From: a virus
Taxonomy: Duplodnaviria > Caudoviricetes
DNA length: 29,107 bases
Reading direction: 5' to 3' (one strand)
Virus record (IMG/VR): IMGVR_UViG_3300037467_001726
Span: 1 to 29,107 of that record
Shown here: one piece after another, positions 9,046 through 16,406 of the stretch
Layout: every line of letters starts with the position of its first letter
Numbering within the stretch: the first letter of the stretch is position 1
The notes under the pieces: generated by a model
The model's input: only the letters and a program-made list of their open reading frames with translations
Database searches by the model: none
What the model was told of the DNA's origin: nothing
Position numbers and translations under genes: made by a program

Positions 9046-9278
9046 CGGTTTACAGTATCGGCCGAACCACGCGCCCCACGCTTGATCTATCAGCGTCACG
9101 GTTTACAATCGAACAATGCGTAAGCTGTTGAAATTCATAGGTGCGGCCCCAGACTACGAATCTGAGGGTCGGACGTTCGAATCGTTCCGGGCGCGCCATT
9201 TCTTCTCAAGGACTTGCGAGCGAAACACGCTGAACCGGAAGGCCCGGTTTACAGTCGGTTTACAGTCCGGTTTACACT
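9046..9278. mobile_element. attP site: core plus integrase arm-type repeats and IHF-like sites
   Basis: CGGTTTACA(G/A/C)T at 9046, 9099, 9245, 9256, 9268 flanking the tRNA fragment; IHF-like TTTCAACAGCTTA (minus, 9121-9133) and TCTCAAGGACTTG (9204-9216). Confidence 0.88.
9150..9198 (+). tRNA. 3' half of tRNA-Arg(ACG), attP core (not a complete tRNA)
   Basis: CAGA-CTACGAA-TCTG anticodon arm, GGACG-TTCGAAT-CGTTC T arm, CGGGCGC-G-CCA end; no D arm or 5' acceptor strand upstream. Confidence 0.92.
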
Positions 9279-10384
9279 CGCTCCGCCCGCTCCTTCCGCG
9301 CGGCCTTCAGCTCCACCACGGAATCGATCCGATCCTGGCCCGCGTCGGCCAGCCGGCGGCGCTGCGCCTGACGCCGGTAGAGCTGCGCCTGATGGGCGGT
9401 GGCGTGCTCCAGTTGCGCCATGATTTCGGCATCTGACGCCCCGGCCAGCGCCAGTTCGACACCGCGGGCGTGGCGCAGGCCGTGCGGCGTCAGGCCGGTC
9501 CGCACCTTCCCCTCCTTCGCCAGCGTCACCACCAGCCGCTCGATCGCCTGATTGAGCGCCCGCTCCTTCCACGGCTGATCCCGGTCGTTGTAGGCGATGG
9601 TCAGGGCGCGGTTCGGGGTTTCGGCCAGCAGGCGGGTGAGGCGGGGGTCCTCGCGCTTGTCGCACAGGACCCGGCGCTTCTCGGTCATCCAGAACAGCCG
9701 GCGGACCCGATTGCCGTCGTCGTCGGTCGCCTCCAGCCGGGCGTTTAGCGGAATGGCGCAGATCGTGCCGCGCCGGAACCCGCCCCAGCGGCCGAGCGCC
9801 ACGGCGCGGGCCAGACCCGGCATCTTCCGTTCCAGCGCCAGCGCGAGGAACGCCTCCACCTCGGCGTCTTCCCAATAAGGGTGCGACTCGCCCATGTCGT
9901 GTGGGCGCTTCAGCTTGCCGACCTTGGCGAACGGGTCGGCCTCAATCCGGTCGTCGGCTATGGCCGGGGCCAACGCGTTCTTGAGCACCTGGCGGCGGTC
10001 GTTGGCCGCCTTGTAGCCGCGCGGCGCCCATGCGTCTCGCAGATCGTTGAGCCACGCCGGATCGACCGACGACAACAGGTCGTCGCCGCAGTCGGCCTTC
10101 AGTTCGTCGATGAGCCGGCCGTACTCGGCCTGGGTGGACCCGGCGAGCCCGAGGAAGTCGGCCGAGGTCCGGTAGGCTTCGAGCATTCCCCCGACCGTTC
10201 CGGGCTTGGGCCGCTTCGCCTGCGCCACTTCCTCCAGCACCTGAAGGATCGCGTCCACCTCAGCCCGGATGGCGTCTAGGTCGCCGTCCTGCGCCTCGAG
10301 GCTCTGCCGGAAGCCGTCCTTGCGGAAATAGAGGTGGACCCGTTCGCCTTTCCGGACACGCTGGACGTACCTGACCTTTTCCAT
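9272..10384 (-). CDS. int: Tyrosine integrase
   Basis: GFRRGT (R), HGLRH (HxxR), LEH...Y; start MEKVRYVQ; stop lies in the attP arm. Confidence 0.93.
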   Translation of the reverse strand: MEKVRYVQRVRKGERVHLYFRKDGFRQSLEAQDGDLDAIRAEVDAILQVLEEVAQAKRPKPGTVGGMLEAYRTSADFLGLAGSTQAEYGRLIDELKADCGDDLLSSVDPAWLNDLRDAWAPRGYKAANDRRQVLKNALAPAIADDRIEADPFAKVGKLKRPHDMGESHPYWEDAEVEAFLALALERKMPGLARAVALGRWGGFRRGTICAIPLNARLEATDDDGNRVRRLFWMTEKRRVLCDKREDPRLTRLLAETPNRALTIAYNDRDQPWKERALNQAIERLVVTLAKEGKVRTGLTPHGLRHARGVELALAGASDAEIMAQLEHATAHQAQLYRRQAQRRRLADAGQDRIDSVVELKAARKERAERV

Positions 10385-10671
10385 GCCTGTTCGAGCGCCC
10401 TTTGCCGCGCGCGTTCCGCCGAGTCGCTGCGTCGCGGCTCGGGCGGGGTATCCTGCGCGTTCTTCTTCGGGGTACGCAACGGCAGGCCCTCGGACCATGC
10501 GTCCAGATCGCGCCGCCGGTAGCGCAGGCAGTTGACCCCGAGGTCCACCGGGGCCACGCCAACGATCTTGTCGAAGGTGCCTTCCGACAACGACAGGTAA
10601 GCGCAGGCCAGATCCTTCGTGAGAAGGTTCGGCCAGGCGCCCGCCGGTACGTGGTCGGAGACGTGCGACAA
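10276..10671 (-). CDS. Excisionase-like (AlpA/MerR-type HTH)
   Basis: WPNLLTKDLACAYLSLSEGTF...RYRRRDLDAW; TTG start inferred; overlaps int 5' end. Confidence 0.75.
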   Translation of the reverse strand: MSHVSDHVPAGAWPNLLTKDLACAYLSLSEGTFDKIVGVAPVDLGVNCLRYRRRDLDAWSEGLPLRTPKKNAQDTPPEPRRSDSAERARQRALEQAWKRSGTSSVSGKANGSTSISARTASGRASRRRTAT

Positions 10672-10673
10672 GG

Positions 10674-10868
10674 CTAGGCGTCCGCGCTCGGGTCGGCCGG
10701 GACCAGCCGGCCGCCCGCGATGGCGTTGATGACGGCCCGCAGGTCGGCCGCGTGCTGAATGGCCTCCGGGTAGTAGCCGGGGTACTTGGCGACGTGCCGC
10801 TCGATTTCCAGCGCGCGTTGCGCCAGACGGTCGAGCACGCCGGTTTGCGCGAAGACGGCCCGGCTCAA
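10674..10868 (-). CDS. Hypothetical protein (64 aa)
   Basis: TTG start coupled to upstream stop (TTGA), GGAGG RBS. Confidence 0.6.
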   Translation of the reverse strand: MSRAVFAQTGVLDRLAQRALEIERHVAKYPGYYPEAIQHAADLRAVINAIAGGRLVPADPSADA

Positions 10869-11203
10869 AACAGGTCCTCCGAGTAGAGGTTGGGCGGGGC
10901 GGTAAGATCGTGTCCCCGCGCCGTCCCCCGTTCCCCACCTTCCGGGGTGGGCTTGGTGGAGACGGCGGGGAGGGGCGTGAACATCGGACAGCCCGCGCCG
11001 TCGTCGCCCACCATGCGCGAGCGGGCAGGCGGCCACCGCCACCCAAACGCCGAAGTCACGCTGTCGGGCAACTCAGGCTCCGGTATGGGGGCCGTGCAGT
11101 TGTAAGTCCGGTCGCGACCAACCACCCGGCGGCCCGCCGCGTTAGGCTTCACGTCGAGAAAGCGGCAATCTCGGCACCTCTGCCCCTTGGCGGACTCAAC
11201 CAT
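10865..11203 (-). CDS. Hypothetical Cys-rich protein
   Basis: CRDC...C...C; coupled in the leftward operon. Confidence 0.65.
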   Translation of the reverse strand: MVESAKGQRCRDCRFLDVKPNAAGRRVVGRDRTYNCTAPIPEPELPDSVTSAFGWRWPPARSRMVGDDGAGCPMFTPLPAVSTKPTPEGGERGTARGHDLTAPPNLYSEDLF

Positions 11204-11615
11204 TGGCTTGATCCTTTTCGGAGAGGGCTTTCAGCAGGGCGGCGAGGAGGGCGAGGGCCGGGGTGGGGGCGGCTGCTGTTGCGCGCTTCGACCAGTTCGG
11301 CCCGTATTTGATGGCGGCCTCGCCACTGTTGCCCGAGCCCCACCGCTCGACCATGACGTAGCAGTCGTCACCCAGCACCCGATCGACCAGCCCGAGGGCG
11401 CTATCGAGGGAGGCGGTGTAGGCTTCCGCACGGCACATGATGCCGTTGTCGTTCACGAGAGCGCCATCAGGGATGACCGGGTTCGGCCAGTAGCCAGCGC
11501 GCTCTGGATCGACCGCACAGGCAAGCGCCGCGTCCAGTTCCCGATCTGGCCCGCCAGCCCCTTCCACCCGTTCCGAGAGGGAAGTTAGGTCAGCCATGCC
11601 GACTTGCACTTTCAT
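11196..11615 (-). CDS. Phage hypothetical protein (ABA-sandwich-like)
   Basis: GPDRELDAALA...YTASLDSAL...TPALALLAALLKA. Confidence 0.7.
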   Translation of the reverse strand: MKVQVGMADLTSLSERVEGAGGPDRELDAALACAVDPERAGYWPNPVIPDGALVNDNGIMCRAEAYTASLDSALGLVDRVLGDDCYVMVERWGSGNSGEAAIKYGPNWSKRATAAAPTPALALLAALLKALSEKDQANG

Positions 11616-12106
11616 CGCTCCCCCTCCCCGCCCGGAACGACGGCATCGGGGGAGGCGAGGGCGGCGGCGTATGCGTCAGCGGCGCGTCGAAAGGCGGACA
11701 GCGGCAGATTACCCAACTCGCCCTCGCCCTCGATCAGCAGATGAACGCTGCCGCGCTCAGGAAGCGGGTCCTCGTCTCCACGCTCGGCTTCCTCGTCGGC
11801 CAGGATCACAAGCTCGGCGAACGGCTTCAGCGCCTCCCGCAGCTTCTCCCCCTCCCCGGCGGATGAAGGTTCATTTCGCCCGAGCCGTCCCGTGCCGGAC
11901 TCCTCCGACGGGGCTGGCTCAGCTTCGGTCCACACGGCGGGCGCGGGGATCGGGTCATTCGGGCCGAGCGGCTCGCCGTTCAGGGTGTAGCTCTCACGCT
12001 CCGGGCCGCAGCAGGAGGCGTGGATGAACCCGCCGCCGGCGTCCGGGTAATAGGCGTCGCCGTCAGTCATCAGCTTGTCGCAGGCGATGCACGGTTCGGT
12101 CGTCAT
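11612..12106 (-). CDS. Hypothetical protein, N-terminal CxxC/HxxC plus LREALKPFA module
   Basis: AAGGAG RBS; coupled overlaps at both ends. Confidence 0.65.
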   Translation of the reverse strand: MTTEPCIACDKLMTDGDAYYPDAGGGFIHASCCGPERESYTLNGEPLGPNDPIPAPAVWTEAEPAPSEESGTGRLGRNEPSSAGEGEKLREALKPFAELVILADEEAERGDEDPLPERGSVHLLIEGEGELGNLPLSAFRRAADAYAAALASPDAVVPGGEGER

Positions 12107-12276
12107 TGTATTTGCTCCTTGTCGGCGCAGCGCCGCGACCAGTCAGGCCGGGTCCAGATGCAGAGTTCTCGGCAGTAGCGGACGGCGCCGTAGCCGACCG
12201 GCTTGGGGTCCATCCGCGGGCAGTCCGCACAGGTCCCGCGCGCCTTCTCGGCGGCCCATGCGAACAGATCGGTCAA
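12103..12276 (-). CDS. Small Cys-rich protein (57 aa; not in ORF track)
   Basis: MTDLFAWAAEKARGTCADCPRM...; TTGA/ATGA overlaps exactly fill the gap between neighbours. Confidence 0.65.
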   Translation of the reverse strand: MTDLFAWAAEKARGTCADCPRMDPKPVGYGAVRYCRELCIWTRPDWSRRCADKEQIQ

Positions 12277-13073
12277 AGGCTCACCGAGTCCGACGGGGCG
12301 GGGAACGTGTACGGGTCTTCGTCCCGGTCTTCACACCACAGGCGGAAGCCGTCGGGCAGGTAGGTCCAATGGCTGTAGCAGCTGAATTGCGACCACCCGT
12401 ACTCGGTGCCTTCAGCGTCGATCAGCCCGCTTTCGTAAGTGAAGAACAGGTTCGCGCCGCTGCCGTCGTCGAACAGGGCGATGATCTTCCGGTCGCTATC
12501 CGGGCGCTCAGCGGTCGACCGCCAGCCCTCCCCCAAGCCCTGCGCGGGTCCGTGCTCTTGGGACGGGAGGGCTCGGGCCGCAAAATCATCCGTCCCGGGC
12601 GAGAGGGCGTTGCGGAGATATTCCTCCGCCGCGTTTATGATCGGGCTCGCGTCGACCTCCCCGCCCACCGTCCCGGGCTTGGCCGACGAGAGGGCGGCTT
12701 CGGCCTTGAACCGCGCGGCGGCGTGCTCCTTCCGCTCCGCCTCGGCCGTCTCATACGCCTCCTCAAGGGCGTCGATCGCGCGCTCGTAAACCATCGGGTC
12801 ATCGGGCGGTCCGCTCTCGACAGACCGCGGCAACTCCAACCGACCGGCCACGCCCATCAGGACGTCGCGCCAATGAGCCCCGTCTTTCTGAGCCTCCGAG
12901 GGCTGCGCGAGGGCGGCTTCAATGGCGTCGAAGGCTTCGCTGGCGCCCATCGACAAATCGCGGACCCGCGCCATGATCGCCGCCACCTTCTCCCGTCCCC
13001 CTATCAGAGCGGGGGATTCAGGGTTTCCGAGCCGTCCAACGCCCGACCCATCCTCGTTGCAGGGCTTAGCCAT
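12273..13073 (-). CDS. Hypothetical protein with DUF551-like C-terminus
   Basis: GWRSTAERPD...SHWTYLP. Confidence 0.6.
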   Translation of the reverse strand: MAKPCNEDGSGVGRLGNPESPALIGGREKVAAIMARVRDLSMGASEAFDAIEAALAQPSEAQKDGAHWRDVLMGVAGRLELPRSVESGPPDDPMVYERAIDALEEAYETAEAERKEHAAARFKAEAALSSAKPGTVGGEVDASPIINAAEEYLRNALSPGTDDFAARALPSQEHGPAQGLGEGWRSTAERPDSDRKIIALFDDGSGANLFFTYESGLIDAEGTEYGWSQFSCYSHWTYLPDGFRLWCEDRDEDPYTFPAPSDSVSL

Positions 13074-13425
13074 TGGAGCGGCCCTCCGCGGCGGCGATGG
13101 AGGCGTCCATGTCCTTGCGCATCAGGTCCATGGTGGCGGCGTACTGAAGCGGCCTCATCGGATCGATCAGGTCCAAGGCTGCGCGGTTGCGCTTCAGCGC
13201 CTCCAGCAGTTCCGGCGCGGCGGGCTTAGCCTCGGCGACGGCGGTGTGCGCCGCTTGCGCCTCCTCAAGTGTGTTGAAGCCGATGATGAGGCGCCAGCCG
13301 CTCAGGTGCGGGCCGCTCATCGTGTAGCAGCGGCGAGACAACGCCTCGGCCAAGCCCGCTCCGCTCGGAGAGGATTCCGGGACGGCTCGGGGACTCAACT
13401 CTTCACCTCGATCAGCTTCAGTCAC
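13066..13425 (-). CDS. Hypothetical phage protein
   Basis: APELLEALK motif; coupled overlaps. Confidence 0.65.
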   Translation of the reverse strand: MTEADRGEELSPRAVPESSPSGAGLAEALSRRCYTMSGPHLSGWRLIIGFNTLEEAQAAHTAVAEAKPAAPELLEALKRNRAALDLIDPMRPLQYAATMDLMRKDMDASIAAAEGRSNG

Positions 13426-14807
13426 GCGGCATTCCTTTCGGAGGATTCAGGATTCATTCGGATCTCGCCTTCGGCTCGCCCTTCATGCGCCTGGCGGCTG
13501 CTGTTGAGCGGCTCTGCGGCGATGGCGTCCACCAGGGCGATGCGCTCGCCGATCCAGCGCATGACCGGAACGGCCATGCTGTTGCCGAGGGCCTTGTAGC
13601 GGGGGCCGTCAGGGCACTCGGCGGCGGGCCGGCCGCGCCACGGGATCAGCGTGTAGTCGTCGGCGAAGCCCTGAAGGCGCTCGCACTCGACGGGGGTGAG
13701 GCGGCGCACGGCGGAAGCGGCGACGCTCTGGACCCGGCTCCGGGCCTCTAGCGTATAAGCGACCCCTTCCTGATAGCCCTTGCTTTGCGGCCCGTTGTTC
13801 GGGTTCGGGTCCGCCGCGCGCTCTTGAATAGCGAACGCGACGTAGTCCCGGCTGGACCCGCCGTCCGCGGCGCGGAGCGTTCCGACCGAAAGTCCGTCGC
13901 CCTCCACCTCGGGCATGGCGCCGCCTTCCCGGCCGCGCAGGGCGAAGGCGACCGGCACGAGCGGCGTACCGCGCCCGGTGCCGTCCTCGGAGGCGTCGAA
14001 GCCGGTCCCGCGCAGGGTGTGGGCGATCAGCGTCTCGGTCTCGTAGTCCTGCCGGCCCATGCCTCCGGCGTTCAGGTAGTGCGAGATATCGCCAGTGGAC
14101 GGGATCAGGTGTCCGGCCTGGCCCTGGTTGTCATCCGCGCCGCATGTGCCAACGCCGTTTGCAGTGAGGGCGGCAACTGCCGGCCCCGCTTCTCGGCGCG
14201 GCGCAGGATGCCCTTGCAGGCCGTGGCGCTCAAAAAGAACCGCCGCGGCAGGTCGCCAGTCTCCAAGATATCCGACAACGAAGACGCGACGGCGGCGCTG
14301 TGGAACTCCGAAGTGCTGAGCGTCAAGCACTCGGTAGGCGAACCCATACCCGAGTTCGACCAGGCCCCCGAGAATGGAACCAAAGTCCCGTCCTCCGTTC
14401 GACGACAGGACGCCGGGGACGTTCTCCCAAACCAGCCATCGGGGCCGAAGGCGGTCAGCCAGCCTAAGATATTCGAGCGCCAGGTTGCCGCGCTCGTCGT
14501 CCAGTCCGCCTCGGAGACCCGCGACGCTGAACGACTGGCAAGGTGTTCCGCCGACCAGAAGGTCAATTGGTTCATACTGTCCCGCCTGAATGGTGGTGAA
14601 GTCGCCGTGCAGCGGCACGCCCGGCCAGCGGTGTTCCAGCACCGCGCGCGGGAACGCCTCGATTTCGGAGAAGAAGGCGGGCTTCCAGCCGAGCGGGTGC
14701 CACGCACAGGTCGCCGCCTCGATGCCGGAACAGACAGAGCCGTAGGTGAGACCCACCCCGCCCGTGTGGGCGCCGCATTGGACGGCTCGGGATTCAAAAT
14801 CCTTCAC
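13422..14807 (-). CDS. DNA (cytosine-5) methyltransferase
   Basis: SVCSGIEA (I), GGTPCQSFS (IV), ENVPG (VI), QRRRR (VIII), RRLTPVECERLQGF (IX), YKALGNS (X); GTG start with GGAGG RBS. Confidence 0.95.
   Translation of the reverse strand: MKDFESRAVQCGAHTGGVGLTYGSVCSGIEAATCAWHPLGWKPAFFSEIEAFPRAVLEHRWPGVPLHGDFTTIQAGQYEPIDLLVGGTPCQSFSVAGLRGGLDDERGNLALEYLRLADRLRPRWLVWENVPGVLSSNGGRDFGSILGGLVELGYGFAYRVLDAQHFGVPQRRRRVFVVGYLGDWRPAAAVLFERHGLQGHPAPRREAGPAVAALTANGVGTCGADDNQGQAGHLIPSTGDISHYLNAGGMGRQDYETETLIAHTLRGTGFDASEDGTGRGTPLVPVAFALRGREGGAMPEVEGDGLSVGTLRAADGGSSRDYVAFAIQERAADPNPNNGPQSKGYQEGVAYTLEARSRVQSVAASAVRRLTPVECERLQGFADDYTLIPWRGRPAAECPDGPRYKALGNSMAVPVMRWIGERIALVDAIAAEPLNSSRQAHEGRAEGEIRMNPESSERNAA
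14105..14575 (-). CDS. Nested alternative-frame ORF, M.EcoHK31I beta-polypeptide-like
   Basis: MNQLTFW...WSNSGM...SLSDILETGDLPRRFFLSATACKGILRRAEKRGRQLP; similarity recalled, not computed. Confidence 0.7.
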   Translation of the reverse strand: MNQLTFWSAEHLASRSASRVSEADWTTSAATWRSNILGWLTAFGPDGWFGRTSPASCRRTEDGTLVPFSGAWSNSGMGSPTECLTLSTSEFHSAAVASSLSDILETGDLPRRFFLSATACKGILRRAEKRGRQLPPSLQTALAHAARMTTRARPDT

Positions 14808-15046
14808 GCCCTCTCCTCCCGTTTCACGACGGAGCCGTTGAACTTGCGGGAGCGGGAGTTCCTGCAGCGGTTGGGGTCGCTTCCGAACGAGGCGACGATG
14901 GCCGCGCACACGGCTTGGCTACCCGTGGTGACGACCGAGCCGCCGGTCGCGATGAGCAGGGCGCCTACCAGGACGGCGCCGACGACCTGCCAGCCGATCA
15001 GGAGGGCGAGTCCGATCCCGGACAGGGGGCTGGTGGGGCGATTCAC
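14804..15046 (-). CDS. Small membrane protein
   Basis: Hydrophobic N-terminal helix; GTGA coupling at both ends. Confidence 0.55.
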   Translation of the reverse strand: MNRPTSPLSGIGLALLIGWQVVGAVLVGALLIATGGSVVTTGSQAVCAAIVASFGSDPNRCRNSRSRKFNGSVVKREERA

Positions 15047-15549
15047 GGCCGGACTCCTTTCGCTCGAGCGAGCGCCGCGAGTTCCCGCATGGCCGCTTGG
15101 GCGGCTTCACGATCGGGGTAAGCGGCCTTGAGGGCGTGGCAGAGGTCGGCCGGATCCGTGTTCAGCCCGGCCCAGTATTCGATCTCCTTCCCGCGGTGCT
15201 GGCGGGCGTGCTCGTGGGCCAGCAGCGGGACGGTCCAGAAGTCGTGCGGCTTGCACTGGCCGCCCGGGTTCACGCGGCCGGCGGCGGCGTCGCTGTACCT
15301 GACGTGCGCGACCTGGACCCCGAACGCCTCATGCCCGGTACGGACCAAGGTGGCGTAGCAGGGCAGGTCGGCGACGAAGCCCTTGTATGGCCCGTCGAAC
15401 AGCCGCGGCTTGCGCGGGTTGATGAAGTCCGGGGACGAGCGCACCGCGTCACGGTTGGCCTTGACGACTTTCCGCCGAGCGCGCTTGTCCGCGCGGTCTT
15501 TCGCCTTCAGGCGATGGAGCGTGGCGCGTTCTTCGGCGGTCAGGGTCAC
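15043..15549 (-). CDS. DUF968-like / HNH-type nuclease
   Basis: FVADLPC..AHVRY..KPHDFWTVPL..H..QH; downstream of recT. Confidence 0.65.
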   Translation of the reverse strand: MTLTAEERATLHRLKAKDRADKRARRKVVKANRDAVRSSPDFINPRKPRLFDGPYKGFVADLPCYATLVRTGHEAFGVQVAHVRYSDAAAGRVNPGGQCKPHDFWTVPLLAHEHARQHRGKEIEYWAGLNTDPADLCHALKAAYPDREAAQAAMRELAALARAKGVRP

Positions 15550-16406
15550 GCGCCCAACTCCACCTCGCGCGCGATCCGCAGGGCCTCGAGGTCGGCCAGC
15601 CGGTCGGGGTCCTTCGCGTCGAGTTCGGCGCGCAGTTCCTCGGCCCAGCCCCACGCCTCGCCCAGTTCGTCGGCGGTCATGGCGTGGCGGATGGAGGTCT
15701 CCAGACCGGCGGCGCGGTCGGCGAGGCTGATGGACTCGGCCGGGGTGAACTCGGCCGTCTCCGCCTCGACGTGCTCGGCTGAGAAGCCGCCGCGTTCGCC
15801 GCCGCCGGAGAGGCGCGCGAGCAGGCCGGACTTCGGCGGGGTGACGTCACGCGCTTCGTGGTCCTCGACTTCCTCGCGCACCTGGAAGCCGCGCAGCATG
15901 TCGGCGCAGCCGTCGCGCAGGGCGTAGGCGCGGGCGCGCATCTTGAGCATACGCTTCGGGTATTGCTGCCACGGCCCGGACTTGTCCCAGAGCCGGGCGT
16001 CCTTCGCGTCCTTCACGCTGAACTCGCCGGGCGTGGTCTCGCCCGTGTCGGGGCGGGTGACTTCACAGCGCGCCACCAGCGCGTCGCCTTCACCCTCGAA
16101 CCACTCTTTCACCCGCACGCCCTGAGCGCGGGCCACAGCCAGCAAGCCGTCACCCCAGAGCGTCGGCTTGCCGTTCACGACCGCGAAGGACTGGAGCGAC
16201 TGGAACGGCGCCATGCCGAGCTCGGCGCCGGCCATGATGGCTACCAGCACCTTTTCCGGGGTCTGGAGACCCTGCGGCGCGAGGCCCGATTTACTGATGG
16301 CCGTCGCCACCCGAAACGCTTCGTCGAGGGTCTGCGGCACAAGGGCGCCGACACCGCCGCCGGCGACGACCTGGGCGCGGGGTTCGCGGACAGTGAGTTC
16401 GTTCAT
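15546..16406 (-). CDS. RecT-like single-strand annealing protein
   Basis: AIMAGAELGMAPFQSLQSFAVVNGKPTLWGD; PWQQYPKRML..RA; coupled to the exonuclease. Confidence 0.85.
   Translation of the reverse strand: MNELTVREPRAQVVAGGGVGALVPQTLDEAFRVATAISKSGLAPQGLQTPEKVLVAIMAGAELGMAPFQSLQSFAVVNGKPTLWGDGLLAVARAQGVRVKEWFEGEGDALVARCEVTRPDTGETTPGEFSVKDAKDARLWDKSGPWQQYPKRMLKMRARAYALRDGCADMLRGFQVREEVEDHEARDVTPPKSGLLARLSGGGERGGFSAEHVEAETAEFTPAESISLADRAAGLETSIRHAMTADELGEAWGWAEELRAELDAKDPDRLADLEALRIAREVELGA

Noticed and set aside
9150-9198. Functional phage tRNA
   Set aside because: 5' half (acceptor strand, D arm) is missing
9245-9278. CRISPR-like repeats
   Set aside because: 11-bp tandem units without spacers; explained as Int arm sites
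9116-9436. 106-aa ORF over attP
   Set aside because: Translates the tRNA fragment and arm repeats and runs antisense to int; spurious
13422-14807. Restriction-modification system
   Set aside because: No cognate restriction endonuclease adjacent; orphan phage MTase
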